DNA of 64,000 nucleotides from an uncultured Patescibacteria group bacterium (GCA_905478415.1 CAJQIG010000005.1:65598-129597); one strand, 5' to 3'. Shown: positions 37,219 to 49,159, numbered from the stretch's first letter. Program-made: numbers and translations. Notes: generated by a model from the letters alone, not told the origin.

Positions 37219-37929
37219 TTATTTGTAGGTAGATTTAGGTGTCTTTTCAGGATGAGGAATATCTGTGTTTCCAGTAATGTGTTGCACAGTTCTTTTTCTT
37301 GTTTTTGCAGCTGTAGGCTTTGCTTGTTGAAATAATCGTTCGGATGCAAGCAAGCTGGATAAATCCTCACCTCTCTCGGGTTGATACTCGAAGCTATTTG
37401 TTGCATCAGGATCATTTTTGGTTGACATATTTACACCATCAAATCGATCTCCGTGTTTCCATTCTAACCAAGAATCTTCTCCATCTGCCAAATATGATAG
37501 CTGTTCAAGTTCTTGTTCAGTATCTTTAATTTTATCACTGGTTTCATTTCTCCAAAAAATATCTTGTTGTTGGTCCAGTCGGTGATACAGGGTATCGAGT
37601 AACCGCTTGAGTTCGATGATTTGTATTTTTCTTTCAGCTTGCGTTATTTCTTGATGATCATCAAGTTGATCCTCTCTTGAACCAAGTAGAGCATCATTAA
37701 CTGCCTCAAGAAAGGCTTGTTGTCTTGCCCGTTCTTTTAATAAAACTTCTCTAGTATTAAAGCCGTCATCACCAAATCCACTATGTTTATGCCGTTTTTC
37801 CCTGTGTGAAATAACTCCGAACCTTGAAGGACGAGGCTTTTTTGGGTTATTAGTTGCTGTATGAACTTTGGGGCTCCCATCAGGGTTAAGGTCTCGTCTC
37901 GGTATAAATAGTTCTTCTCTTCTTGCCAT
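37219..37929 (-). CDS. hypothetical protein
   Basis: Start set at MARREELFIP. Basic N-terminus, acidic middle. No motif. Confidence 0.4.
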   Translation of the reverse strand: MARREELFIPRRDLNPDGSPKVHTATNNPKKPRPSRFGVISHREKRHKHSGFGDDGFNTREVLLKERARQQAFLEAVNDALLGSREDQLDDHQEITQAERKIQIIELKRLLDTLYHRLDQQQDIFWRNETSDKIKDTEQELEQLSYLADGEDSWLEWKHGDRFDGVNMSTKNDPDATNSFEYQPERGEDLSSLLASERLFQQAKPTAAKTRKRTVQHITGNTDIPHPEKTPKSTYK

Positions 37930-37981
37930 ATAAAAAGAATACCACCCCAAAGGGGTAGTATTCTAGTAGCTTTTTTATATG

Positions 37982-40015
37982 TTACTTTGAAAAGACTTCA
38001 ATTAAGAAGGCAAAATGCTCATCGGCAGATGTATTAATGAGTGTTAGTCCTTCTTCAATATCATCTCGACTCACATTCGCTGCAAAGCCTTTTGTTTTGA
38101 GTTTCTTCTTTATTGATTTTGGTTTCATGCCTTCAAATCCTGCTGGTCGCATCAGTGAAACCGCATGAATAAAACCAGAAATTTCATCACAAGCAAATAA
38201 GTAGCGCTCAATCAGTGTGGTTGGGTGTTTGCCGGTCCGGTCGGGGGCATGAGCAGCTATAGCATCGAGCATTTCCTGAGGATATGCAGTTAGAATTTCT
38301 GAAATGGCCTTATTTGGATGCTCGTCGGGGTACATTTCCCAGTCTAGATCGTGGAGCAAACCTGCTTGGTACCAGAGCTCTTCGTTTTCTCCGAGCTTTT
38401 GGGCATAGGCTTGCATAGCTTGAGCTACCATCTGTGAATGGTGACGAAGTGCTTCTTCAGAAATATATTTTTCGAGTAGGGCTTCTGCTTCTTCTCTTGG
38501 GGGAAGTACCACATTTTTAGTAGTTTGTTCCTTTGTTTGAGTAGTTTTAGATTCTATATGAAGTGGAACAAGTGGCTTAAGAGTTGGAAAGGCAATGACT
38601 TCTTTAATACTCCAAGTATTAGTTAAGAACATCACTAAACGGTCAATTCCCATACCGATACCGCCGAGTGGTGGCATGCCGTATTCCATAGCTTCAAGGA
38701 AGTCCTCGTCAAGTGGATGGGCTTCGGCGTCACCATGGAGCATGTTTTTTTGTTCATTTTCCCAGATGTTTCGTTGATCAACTGAGTCGACAATCTCACT
38801 CCAACCGTCGGCGAGCTCTTTTCCGCCAATGTAGGCTTCAAAGCGTTCGGCTAATTGTGGGTTCCTGCGGTGCGCTTTTGATAACGGGCTAATGTCTCGT
38901 GGATAATCAATGATCCAAATTGGTGCGATCAAGTGAGGAGTTACTAACTCATCAAAAAGTTCGAACAGAGCTTTTCCTCTGGTAAATTCACTTTTAAGTT
39001 CGATATTGTGTTGTTTTAATAGAGTTTCAGCTTCTTGATCAGAAAGTGTTTCAAACTCAATATTCGCATGTTCTTTGAGGGCTTCATCCATTCTGACTCT
39101 TGGCCAGGCTCCACCAATATCAATAGCTTGGTCTCCTACAGTTATTGTATGGTTCCCGTAGAGTTCAAAAGCGAGGTGTTTCACTAGGTCCTCAGCTACA
39201 TTCATCATTCGATGATAGTCCGCGTATGTTTCGTACCACTCAATCATAGTGAACTCTGGTTGGTGTGTTTGATCAAGTCCTTCATTTCTAAAGTTCCTGG
39301 CAATTTCAAAAATACGATCATAGCCTCCAACAATAAGGCGTTTTAAATAGAGCTCTGGAGCGATTCGTAGGTAAAAATCACTATCAAGCGCATTCATATG
39401 GGTAGTAAAGGGGGTTGCATTTGTGCCACCGTAGAGTGGTTGTAAAATAGGAGTTTCTACTTCTACAAATGCATGTGTGTCTTGTAAAAAACGTCTAATT
39501 TCTTTTTGAATTAACCACCGAGCATCTAGCACACGTTTGGTTTCAGGGTTAATGAGCATGTCGAGGTATCGTTTTCTGAAACGGGTTTCTTTGTCACTAG
39601 CGGCATTCCATTCGGATGGTATTGGTCGAAGTGCTTTGCCTAAAAATTCGACCTGAGTAGCTAAGATTGTAATTTCTCCAGTTTGTGTTGTTAGGACTGA
39701 TCCTGTTACACCAACATAATCTCCTCGATCGACGAGAGTTTTAAGCATTTTAAAAGTTGCCTCAGCAATTTCAGTTTTTTTGACCATGACCTGCATGTTA
39801 GCTGTTGAATCTTGCAAATCAAAAAAAAGTACTTTTCCGTGTGTTCTGATTGACATAATTCTACCTGCAGTCTGAACGGTTTGTCCTTCTGAATCTCGGC
39901 AAGTACGTAGTGTTTGTTTTTTATCAAAAGCGTATGGGTGGATTTCTACTCCAGCTTCTTCGAGTTGTTTGCGTTTATCAAGTTTAGCTTGAATTGTTTC
40001 GTCTATTCGTGACAT
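37982..40015 (-). CDS. lysS: lysyl-tRNA synthetase (class II) fused to a C-terminal HD-domain phosphohydrolase
   Basis: N-terminal OB fold plus class II core (GGIGMGIDRLVMFLT). Then ~170 extra residues with RHHSQMVAQ...AGLLHDLD (the HD motif). Confidence 0.8.
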   Translation of the reverse strand: MSRIDETIQAKLDKRKQLEEAGVEIHPYAFDKKQTLRTCRDSEGQTVQTAGRIMSIRTHGKVLFFDLQDSTANMQVMVKKTEIAEATFKMLKTLVDRGDYVGVTGSVLTTQTGEITILATQVEFLGKALRPIPSEWNAASDKETRFRKRYLDMLINPETKRVLDARWLIQKEIRRFLQDTHAFVEVETPILQPLYGGTNATPFTTHMNALDSDFYLRIAPELYLKRLIVGGYDRIFEIARNFRNEGLDQTHQPEFTMIEWYETYADYHRMMNVAEDLVKHLAFELYGNHTITVGDQAIDIGGAWPRVRMDEALKEHANIEFETLSDQEAETLLKQHNIELKSEFTRGKALFELFDELVTPHLIAPIWIIDYPRDISPLSKAHRRNPQLAERFEAYIGGKELADGWSEIVDSVDQRNIWENEQKNMLHGDAEAHPLDEDFLEAMEYGMPPLGGIGMGIDRLVMFLTNTWSIKEVIAFPTLKPLVPLHIESKTTQTKEQTTKNVVLPPREEAEALLEKYISEEALRHHSQMVAQAMQAYAQKLGENEELWYQAGLLHDLDWEMYPDEHPNKAISEILTAYPQEMLDAIAAHAPDRTGKHPTTLIERYLFACDEISGFIHAVSLMRPAGFEGMKPKSIKKKLKTKGFAANVSRDDIEEGLTLINTSADEHFAFLIEVFSK

Positions 40016-40087
40016 ATAAGTGATTCCTCTTTCTGTATCTTTGTATAGTATATCAAGATTTTTTATTCCTTTTTGTATAGAAACTAA

Positions 40088-40127
40088 AAAGTCCCGATGG
40101 TTGAGGTCGGGACTTTGAGTTTTTTTG
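40088..40127. terminator. terminator hairpin after greA
   Basis: aaaagtcccgatggttgaggtcgggactttgagttttttt. Confidence 0.55.
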
Positions 40128-40135
40128 TAGTGTAT

Positions 40136-40615
40136 TTATTTTATTTCTACGATTGTGTACTCAATTTCCCCGGCTGGAGCCTTGACCATGACCTTTGCAT
40201 CCTTCTTCTTTCCGACAAGAGCTTTCCCGAGTGGTGAGATACTCGAAATCTTATTTTCGAGTGGGTTTGCTTCAAACTCTCCAACTAAATAGAATGTTTT
40301 CTTTGCGGAAGAACCTTTTTTTGTTACCACAATAGTTGAACCAACACCAACAGTACTTTGACTTCTGGTATTTTTGATGACCACTGCCCTTGAGAGCACA
40401 TGTTCGATTTCTTCAATTCTGGTCTCAATAAATTCTTGTTCTTCTTTGGCACTGTGGTATTCTGCATTTTCAGACAGATCACCATATTCGCGAGCTTTTG
40501 CAACACGCTTAATGACAGCCATAAGCTTTATCTCTTTAAGTTCAGATAACTCAGCCTGGAGTTCCTCAAGACCATCTTTGGTTAATTTAATTGTGTTTGT
40601 GTCTTCTTTTGGCAT
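40136..40615 (-). CDS. greA: transcription elongation factor GreA
   Basis: N-terminal coiled coil and a C-terminal FKBP-like domain. 159 aa. Confidence 0.85.
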   Translation of the reverse strand: MPKEDTNTIKLTKDGLEELQAELSELKEIKLMAVIKRVAKAREYGDLSENAEYHSAKEEQEFIETRIEEIEHVLSRAVVIKNTRSQSTVGVGSTIVVTKKGSSAKKTFYLVGEFEANPLENKISSISPLGKALVGKKKDAKVMVKAPAGEIEYTIVEIK

Positions 40616-40675
40616 AATGTTCCTAGTATACAGTGTCTTTTCTCTCTGACAAGCAGAAAAGATAGGTATGCTTTT

Positions 40676-41092
40676 TTATATTGTCGAACCTCGTTTTTGA
40701 GCAACTCTGATTTCGAGCATGGCTCTTTTAAGGGAAGCTTCTGCCAAGATGAGTTCGCGCCTATCCTCTGATAATTTCATAGTTTCTTTAGCGGCTGCAA
40801 TGGCTTCTTCGGCTTGTTTAATACTAATATCACGGACTAGCGTAGCACTATCAACCATAACTGTCACTTCGTTATTTGGATTCATGGTTAGAAACCCATC
40901 AGACACTACTAACGAAGATTCAGTATCATTTGCTATATAACGGAGTTCTCCAGTGATTAACTTGGTAAAAAGCGGAATATGTCGAGCCAAAATGGTAATC
41001 TCTCCCTCTGTTGTAACAGCCGAAACAGACTCAACCTCAGTTTCGAGCAGTTTCTTTTCTTGTGATACAACAATGAGCTTCAGTTTTTGCAT
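40676..41092 (-). CDS. atpC: ATP synthase F1 epsilon subunit
   Basis: 138 aa. N-terminal beta-sandwich and C-terminal helices. Last gene of the atp operon. Confidence 0.8.
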   Translation of the reverse strand: MQKLKLIVVSQEKKLLETEVESVSAVTTEGEITILARHIPLFTKLITGELRYIANDTESSLVVSDGFLTMNPNNEVTVMVDSATLVRDISIKQAEEAIAAAKETMKLSEDRRELILAEASLKRAMLEIRVAQKRGSTI

Positions 41093-41100
41093 GATGAGTG

Positions 41101-42519
<1,419 letters not shown>

Positions 42520-42534
42520 TTAGAGTAATCGAGG

Positions 42535-43416
42535 TTACTGTGCTTTCTTTGTATCTTGTGCTAATAGGGCGGTTACTACGTCAAGAAGCTCTCCAGTGAT
42601 ACTAGCTTGACGTGATTTATTGTAAACCAAACGAAGGTCGTCCATAAGTTCTCCAGCATTTTCACTTGCATTCTTCATGCTTACCATACGAGCACTATGC
42701 TCACTGGCTCGAGCCTCAAGAAATGCTTGGTAAATACTGTTTTCTAAGTAATAGGGTAAGAGATCGCCTAAAATGGCTTCCGCGCTTGGTTCAAAAATAT
42801 ATTCTGCTTCATTTACTTTATCTACAAGAGCTTCTTCGGAAGACTCAATTTTAGGAAGTGGCAGTACTTGCTGGACTTTAACGTTTTGCACCAGTGTGGT
42901 TACAAAGTCCATATAAATAAGAGACACTGATTTAAATTCTTTGTCTAAAAATCGTTCTTGAATGAGCGCGCTGATGGCAATAGTATCTGATGAAACAATT
43001 TGATCTGGTAGATCAGTAAACTGTGCATACATATCAATACCTGTACTACGAGCAAAGGCGACAGCTTTTTTTCCAATAGCAATAATTTTTCCATTGGGAT
43101 TTTTTTTCAACCAGATTATTATTTCTTTAAACAAAGTGGGATTTAGACTGCCACAAAGGCCCTTATCGGTTGAGATAACAACGGCAACATCATCGCCTTC
43201 AGGATGTTCGGTTAAGAGAGGATGGGCTGCAGCCCCTGAAGCGGCAGCAAGTGATTCAAGTGAGTCATGAAGTGCTTCGGTGTAGGGTCTCGTCGCCAAA
43301 GCTGCTGCTTGAGCACGTCTCATCTTACTCGCTGAAACCATTTCCATGGCTTTAGTGATTTTTGAAATGTTACCCGCAGTTTTGATTCTTTGGACAATTT
43401 GTCGTGTATTCGGCAT
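42535..43416 (-). CDS. atpG: ATP synthase F1 gamma subunit
   Basis: 293 aa. Conserved N- and C-terminal helices (ITKAMEMVSASKMRRAQ). Confidence 0.85.
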   Translation of the reverse strand: MPNTRQIVQRIKTAGNISKITKAMEMVSASKMRRAQAAALATRPYTEALHDSLESLAAASGAAAHPLLTEHPEGDDVAVVISTDKGLCGSLNPTLFKEIIIWLKKNPNGKIIAIGKKAVAFARSTGIDMYAQFTDLPDQIVSSDTIAISALIQERFLDKEFKSVSLIYMDFVTTLVQNVKVQQVLPLPKIESSEEALVDKVNEAEYIFEPSAEAILGDLLPYYLENSIYQAFLEARASEHSARMVSMKNASENAGELMDDLRLVYNKSRQASITGELLDVVTALLAQDTKKAQ

Positions 43417-43432
43417 ACAGAATCCGTACTAA

Positions 43433-44983
43433 CTACTCCTCTACTACTGGAACTAAGTCTGGGTGAGTGTCATTAAAAGCTTTGATAGCACTCTGAAGTT
43501 CTTCTTCTGTTGACTCGATTATTTTTTGTTCTTTTGCAATGCTCTCTAAAATCTGTGGATAGGAAGAATACATGAACGTTACGTACTCACTTTCCCATTT
43601 CTGCATATTTTCAATTGCGACACCGTCTAGGTAGCCCTTTACAGCAGCGTAGATAACAATGACTTGTTCTTCCATTTTGAGTGGTGCATCCCATCCTTGT
43701 TTTAAAATGGCATTCACATGCTCACCTCGGTCGAGAATGGCTTTGGTTTTATCGTCAAGGTCAGAACTAAATTGAGCAAAAGCTTGCAGTTCTCTAAACT
43801 GAGCCAGATCAAGTTTCATAGTTCCTGCAACTTGTTTCATAGCTTTTCTTTGGGCAGCTGATCCAACACGAGAAACTGAAAGTCCAACGTTAATAGCTGG
43901 TTTCATTCCCGAATTAAAAAGGTCAGCTTCTAGATAGATCTGTCCATCAGTAATACTAATAACATTCGTTGGGATATATGCTGAAACGTCATTTGCTTGT
44001 GTTTCAATAATAGGGAGTGCCGTTACTGAGCCACCGCCATTTTCATCATTAAGACGACAGGCTCTTTCTAAGAGTCTAGAGTGTAAGTAGAAAACATCAC
44101 CAGGATAGGCTTCACGGCCAGACGGTCTACGAAGGAGTAATGAGATTTCACGATATGCTTGGGCATGCTTTGTTAGGTCATCAAAGATAATTAAAACATC
44201 TTTACCTTTTTCTAAGAAGTACTCGGCAATCGACTGACCTGCGTAAGGTGCTAAAAATTGTTCGGCAGCTGTCGAAGATGCCGTTGCAGCCACAATAGTA
44301 GTGTAGCTCATAGCTCCTCTATCCTCGAGAACTTGAATTGTTTGAGCTAGTGATGAGGCTTTTTGACCAATACAGACGTAGACACAGATAACATCTTGAT
44401 CAGCTTGGTTCAGAATAGTTCCAAGGGCAACTGCAGTTTTTCCAGTTGAACGATCACCAATAATTAACTCTCTTTGACCACGACCAATTGGAATCATGGC
44501 ATCAATAGCTTTGATACCTGTTTGCATCGGTACAGAGACTGACTTTCGAGGCATGATGCCAGGAGCTTTTTTTTCCATGAGCATGTATTTATCTACATGA
44601 ATTTCTTCTTTTCCATCTACTGCTTGACCAAGGGCATCAACCACACGACCTAAAATTGAGTCAGCAGCGCCAATTGAGAGAATGCGACCGGTTCTTTTAA
44701 CAGTAGTACCAGCCGAGAGGTGTCCAGCATCACCAAGAACAACAATTCCTGTTGAGTCTTTCTCAAGATTAAGTGCCAGACCAAATTGCTCTTTTCCAAG
44801 ATCAATCAATTCACCAGATTGGACATCGTCGAGTCCTTTGACTTTTACCACTCCGTCTCCAAAAGACATAACGGTTCCTACTGCTTCAGAGTGAACAGTT
44901 GTGTCGATTTTATTAACAAGATTTGCCAAGGAGTGAGTAAATGCTGGTGGTGTCTGTTGTTTTTTCATTGGAGTTGCTTTCAA
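43433..44983 (-). CDS. atpA: ATP synthase F1 alpha subunit
   Basis: Walker A GDRSTGKT. 516 aa. Confidence 0.95.
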   Translation of the reverse strand: MKATPMKKQQTPPAFTHSLANLVNKIDTTVHSEAVGTVMSFGDGVVKVKGLDDVQSGELIDLGKEQFGLALNLEKDSTGIVVLGDAGHLSAGTTVKRTGRILSIGAADSILGRVVDALGQAVDGKEEIHVDKYMLMEKKAPGIMPRKSVSVPMQTGIKAIDAMIPIGRGQRELIIGDRSTGKTAVALGTILNQADQDVICVYVCIGQKASSLAQTIQVLEDRGAMSYTTIVAATASSTAAEQFLAPYAGQSIAEYFLEKGKDVLIIFDDLTKHAQAYREISLLLRRPSGREAYPGDVFYLHSRLLERACRLNDENGGGSVTALPIIETQANDVSAYIPTNVISITDGQIYLEADLFNSGMKPAINVGLSVSRVGSAAQRKAMKQVAGTMKLDLAQFRELQAFAQFSSDLDDKTKAILDRGEHVNAILKQGWDAPLKMEEQVIVIYAAVKGYLDGVAIENMQKWESEYVTFMYSSYPQILESIAKEQKIIESTEEELQSAIKAFNDTHPDLVPVVEE

Positions 44984-44987
44984 TATT

Positions 44988-45227
44988 CTATAACTGGTTC
45001 AACAGCTGTGATCTAATTTTTGCCAATTTACCTTGCACAGTGCCATCAAACTCAACTGAGTTAATTGTCAGTTTAATGCCACCGATAAGAGCTGGATTCA
45101 CAACCTTTTCGATAGTTACAGATGAAACGTCATACTTTTTTTTGACAGCAGTACTAATAGTTTCCACTTGTACTTTTGTAAGCTCAAGAGCGCTGGTTGC
45201 AATGACGGTTATGGTAGTTGTTTTCAT
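44988..45227 (-). CDS. atpH: ATP synthase delta (OSCP) subunit, unusually short (79 aa)
   Basis: Lies between atpF and atpA. Sequence resembles only the C-terminal part of delta. Confidence 0.5.
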   Translation of the reverse strand: MKTTTITVIATSALELTKVQVETISTAVKKKYDVSSVTIEKVVNPALIGGIKLTINSVEFDGTVQGKLAKIRSQLLNQL

Positions 45228-45236
45228 ACGTTACTT

Positions 45237-45722
45237 TTAGAGGGCTTTAATGATTTCTTTTAGCTCTGTATCAATAAGTTTCTGAGCATTCTTTTTATCT
45301 AGTGTCGAAGCGATTACTTTTTCTGAGATAGAAAGAACAGCTTCGGCCATATCAGTTTGTGACTTTTTGAAAAGAGCAATTTTCTCGGTTTCCCATTGAG
45401 CTTGAAGTTCAGTTGTCAAAGCTTTGGCTTTAACTTTGGCATCAGCAATGATTGCTTCTTTTCGCTCAAGAGCTTCAGCTTGGGCTGCTTTCACAATTTC
45501 ACTTCGCTCTTTTTTCAATGAGGCTTCAGTTAATTTGCGATTTTTTTCAATTTCAGCATATGCTGTTTGTGCCTTAGTAGCAGCCTTTTCACCTTCTGCT
45601 ATTCGTTTTGCTCTCTCATCGAATATTTTGAGAACAGGTTTGAATAGAAGAAATCCGACTGCACCAACTACAACAGAAAAGTTAATGATCTGAAATAGAA
45701 TCTGAGTGAGTTGTATATCCAT
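45237..45722 (-). CDS. atpF: ATP synthase Fo b subunit
   Basis: N-terminal TM followed by a long charged helix. 161 aa. Confidence 0.8.
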   Translation of the reverse strand: MDIQLTQILFQIINFSVVVGAVGFLLFKPVLKIFDERAKRIAEGEKAATKAQTAYAEIEKNRKLTEASLKKERSEIVKAAQAEALERKEAIIADAKVKAKALTTELQAQWETEKIALFKKSQTDMAEAVLSISEKVIASTLDKKNAQKLIDTELKEIIKAL

Positions 45723-45757
45723 GAGGGGTTTCCTTTTTTTTGACGATTTCTATGTGT

Positions 45758-45985
<228 letters not shown>

Positions 45986-45994
45986 CTACTTTCT

Positions 45995-46894
45995 TTAATG
46001 TTGGTCATGGCTTTGGGTGGCCATGTTAAAAAATACTAATGATAACATTGCAAAAACGAGTGCTTGAATAAATCCAACAAACAGCTCGAGTCCATAAAAT
46101 GGCATTGGAACGATGAGTGGAATAAGCGAAGAAATAACTACGAGTAGTACCTCTCCGGCAAATATGTTTCCAAAGAGACGGAAAGCAAAAGAGATAACTT
46201 TTGCAAATTCTGAAACCAGTTCCAAAATACCCACAAAGAACATAATAGGGCTTGAGAAGTTAACATATTTTTTAAAGTAGCTGAGTCCGAGCGCGTTGAC
46301 TCCAATTACTTGAGTAACAAAGACAGAAATAAGCGCGAGTGCGATAGTAGTGTTTAGATCTGCGGTGCCTGGGCGGAAGATTGGAATAGCGGTAACAGCG
46401 TGCTCTTCTGCAGCGGCAGTTTCGTTTCCTGTTTCTAGTTCTTCATTAGAAATAACAAGAGACTCCTGAGTATGGGCATCATCAATTATTTCAGTTTCAG
46501 CGGCATGCACTTGTTCTACAATACTGGCATGTTCTTCCGTGGTAGTCTCTCCTTCGAGAATGCGAATTGTTCCTACCCCTGGAAGAAGTCCCAACCAGTT
46601 ATTGAGTAGAATCCAAAGAAGAAATGAACCGATAAAAGGTAAAAAAAGACGGGTCTTTTTCAAGTCACCCGTTACGCCGTGTACTAAGTTGTGGAGGGAT
46701 TCAACAATCCATTCTGCAAAGTTTTGAAGACCTCTTGGGTTTGAAGTATTTTTCAATTGCGTCCTAACAAGGAGGCAAAAAGAAATAATGAGGCCGCTGA
46801 CAACCAAACTAGTTAACATTGAGTTGGTGATTGCAATACCACCAATGGAAAAAAGGGTCTCAGCTGAGATAGAAATATGTAACTCGGCAGCCAT
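45995..46894 (-). CDS. atpB: ATP synthase Fo a subunit, with ~70-aa acidic insertion
   Basis: C-terminal helices with the conserved Arg region. A hydrophilic Glu/Thr-rich insert sits mid-protein. Confidence 0.75.
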   Translation of the reverse strand: MAAELHISISAETLFSIGGIAITNSMLTSLVVSGLIISFCLLVRTQLKNTSNPRGLQNFAEWIVESLHNLVHGVTGDLKKTRLFLPFIGSFLLWILLNNWLGLLPGVGTIRILEGETTTEEHASIVEQVHAAETEIIDDAHTQESLVISNEELETGNETAAAEEHAVTAIPIFRPGTADLNTTIALALISVFVTQVIGVNALGLSYFKKYVNFSSPIMFFVGILELVSEFAKVISFAFRLFGNIFAGEVLLVVISSLIPLIVPMPFYGLELFVGFIQALVFAMLSLVFFNMATQSHDQH

Positions 46895-47038
46895 GATTGT
46901 GATCTTTTCTGTGTTTACTTACTAATTTAACAACAAAAAGAACAACAGACACACTGTGTGTTTAAGTATACATAATGTGTATGTCGGTCAGACAATTTGA
47001 ATTATATCGTTCTTTTTTATGAGAACAAGGGACAAAAA

Positions 47039-48880
47039 TTATTCGGCAAGTACAACTACAATGTCATACTTTTCTGTTGTGTCCTCTACATCCTTAGTGT
47101 CTGTGTCTATTGTGAAGCTCAACTCAGTTGCGTCTTCAACGTATTTTTTGAGTCCTGGGATTTCTTCCGCTACCAAGAGGTAGTTGCCTTCATCATAGTC
47201 GCCCTTTGCATTTGCCGCATCAATGGTAGTGAAATCAGCATCCGAAAGAGAGCTTTTTATTGTTCCGGCATATCCGGCTTTTGTGGTTGCATTAACAACG
47301 AGAACGGTATATTCATCTGGAACAAAAGCTACTTCTTCAATTTCAGCCGATGCACTGGCTTCCTCTGTAGTTTCTGGAGCTTCCACTACTACAGGTGCTG
47401 GAGTAAGTTCTGTGCCGTTCTGTGTGAATTTAAGAAGACCAAGTCCTACACCAACTCCTACAGCAACGGTTGCAAAGAAGACAGCTAAAGTGATAAAGAC
47501 CATTTTCAACATATTTCCTACTCCTGACTTATTTTTAATTACTGTCCCTTTCACAGCCGAACTAGTAGTTACTGGTGATTTTTTTTCATGAGTCATGGTG
47601 GCACCTTCTTTAGAAAATTTTCTTAGGTCAATACCCTCTGTAGAGGGCTCTTCTGCAGCAGGTGTTTCAACTTTTTCTTTTGTAGCTGTGGTGGTTTCTT
47701 CAACGTCTTCCTCGCTTTTCGAAGTTTCTTCTACTGCCTTGATTTTTTCTACGGGTGTAGTTTCTGGTTCTTTTTCAGCTTCGGTTTCAACTTTTTCTTC
47801 ATCTTCTTTGATAGGTGCACTTAAATCGAGTTTCTTAACTTGTGCTCCTGTCGAAAGAGCTGCTCCACTCTCAGTTTTTTCTGGAAGTGTTGGGGTTGGT
47901 AACTCATCTTTTTCGGTATTTGAAGTTTTGGGCATATCACTCTCTTTCTTTTTTGATGACACTGCATCATCGGTCTCACTGTTTTCTTTGGTAATTTGAT
48001 TTGAAGCCTTGGTAATAATTTCTAAATCAGAATCAAAAGGTTTCTCAAGCTTGAATGATGGAGTGAGGTAATCAGGGATTGAGAGCGTTTTCATACCTGA
48101 TTCAATAATTTGCTTAATATATGAAGGCATCTTAGCGTCCTCTTCCTTGAAAGATGCAAGTTGCTGAATAGGGAGCGTAGCTTTGAGTTGATCTGTCAGT
48201 GTCTCCTCTACAAGCGAGTTTGAAAGCAAGTAAATAGTTTGAATGCTTGGTTCACCACCCTTGAGTGTTTTAATTGTTTCGACAATGTTGGGAATTTCAT
48301 CAAGTTCGGCGACAGTTGTTTGGTCAATGCCAATATAGTGTAAGGCTGAGTAGAGTTTACTACCAACCTGAAGGATGCTAATGGACGGTTCTAAAGAAAT
48401 AATTGATTTTGAGGTCCAACTCAGAGAGTTGATACCTTCAATACTAATGTTGTGTTCGGCAGCACTTACTCTGATTGCGGCAAGAACACTTTTTTCAAGT
48501 GCAGAAATTTGAACTCTAGATTCACCTTTAAATTGAGTGAGGACAAACGAATTTACATAGTGGGTGTCAGTAGTGAGTCCTAAAGATGGCAAGAGTGTTT
48601 CTTTAAGATGAGCTATAACTTTTGTCTCGTCAGTTTCTTTAACAGTGACAATAGTATTAGTAAACAAAAAATCAGGTAAAACTAGGGATGTGAATGTTTC
48701 TCCCTTAAATTTACTGAAAAGTTTTTCAATATTCTCGGGTAGAAACTCAGTGTCATTTAAGTATTCACCATTTATTTGACGAAATGACTGTACTGCAAAG
48801 GTGAACTCTTTTTTAGTGGGCAGGAGCTCTGCATAATAGGTAACGTCTGGAAGAATGTAGAGAAGTTTGTTGCTTGGCAT
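47039..48880 (-). CDS. hypothetical membrane protein: PilM-like N-terminal domain, single TM, C-terminal LytR_C-like domain
   Basis: N-terminal region reads as an actin-like PilM domain (inference from composition and the LLYILPDV start). TM is MLKMVFITLAVFFATVAVGVGVGLGLL. C-terminus VLVVNATTKAGYAGTIKSSL...DIVVVLAE resembles LytR_C. Confidence 0.4.
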   Translation of the reverse strand: MPSNKLLYILPDVTYYAELLPTKKEFTFAVQSFRQINGEYLNDTEFLPENIEKLFSKFKGETFTSLVLPDFLFTNTIVTVKETDETKVIAHLKETLLPSLGLTTDTHYVNSFVLTQFKGESRVQISALEKSVLAAIRVSAAEHNISIEGINSLSWTSKSIISLEPSISILQVGSKLYSALHYIGIDQTTVAELDEIPNIVETIKTLKGGEPSIQTIYLLSNSLVEETLTDQLKATLPIQQLASFKEEDAKMPSYIKQIIESGMKTLSIPDYLTPSFKLEKPFDSDLEIITKASNQITKENSETDDAVSSKKKESDMPKTSNTEKDELPTPTLPEKTESGAALSTGAQVKKLDLSAPIKEDEEKVETEAEKEPETTPVEKIKAVEETSKSEEDVEETTTATKEKVETPAAEEPSTEGIDLRKFSKEGATMTHEKKSPVTTSSAVKGTVIKNKSGVGNMLKMVFITLAVFFATVAVGVGVGLGLLKFTQNGTELTPAPVVVEAPETTEEASASAEIEEVAFVPDEYTVLVVNATTKAGYAGTIKSSLSDADFTTIDAANAKGDYDEGNYLLVAEEIPGLKKYVEDATELSFTIDTDTKDVEDTTEKYDIVVVLAE

Positions 48881-49039
48881 GCGTACTGGGTATCCTTACT
48901 TAACTAGTAGTATCTATAATTTTGGTCTGAATTTCAAGTGTCTTTCTGGCTTTAGTCCATAGTGCGATTACTACCTCTTTAATATTCGAGTGTTTTGAGA
49001 TAAAATACTTCAGTTCTTTATGTTTCTATTTAGTTTAGA

Positions 49040-49113
49040 AAATAAGAGTGGGTCTGTAGCTCAGTCGGTTAGAGCGCCAGCCTTTTAAGCTGGGCGTCCC
49101 GGGTTCGAGTCCC
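49040..49113 (+). tRNA. tRNA-Lys (anticodon UUU)
   Basis: GGGTCTG acceptor, anticodon loop CTTTTAA, T-loop TTCGAGT, discriminator A. Confidence 0.85.
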
Positions 49114-49116
49114 GGC

Positions 49117-49148
49117 GGACCCACATACAAAAAAACAGCCAAGCGGCT
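49117..49148. terminator. terminator hairpin after tRNA-Lys
   Basis: aaaaaaacagccaagcggctgttttttt. Confidence 0.6.
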
Positions 49149-49159
49149 GTTTTTTTGTA

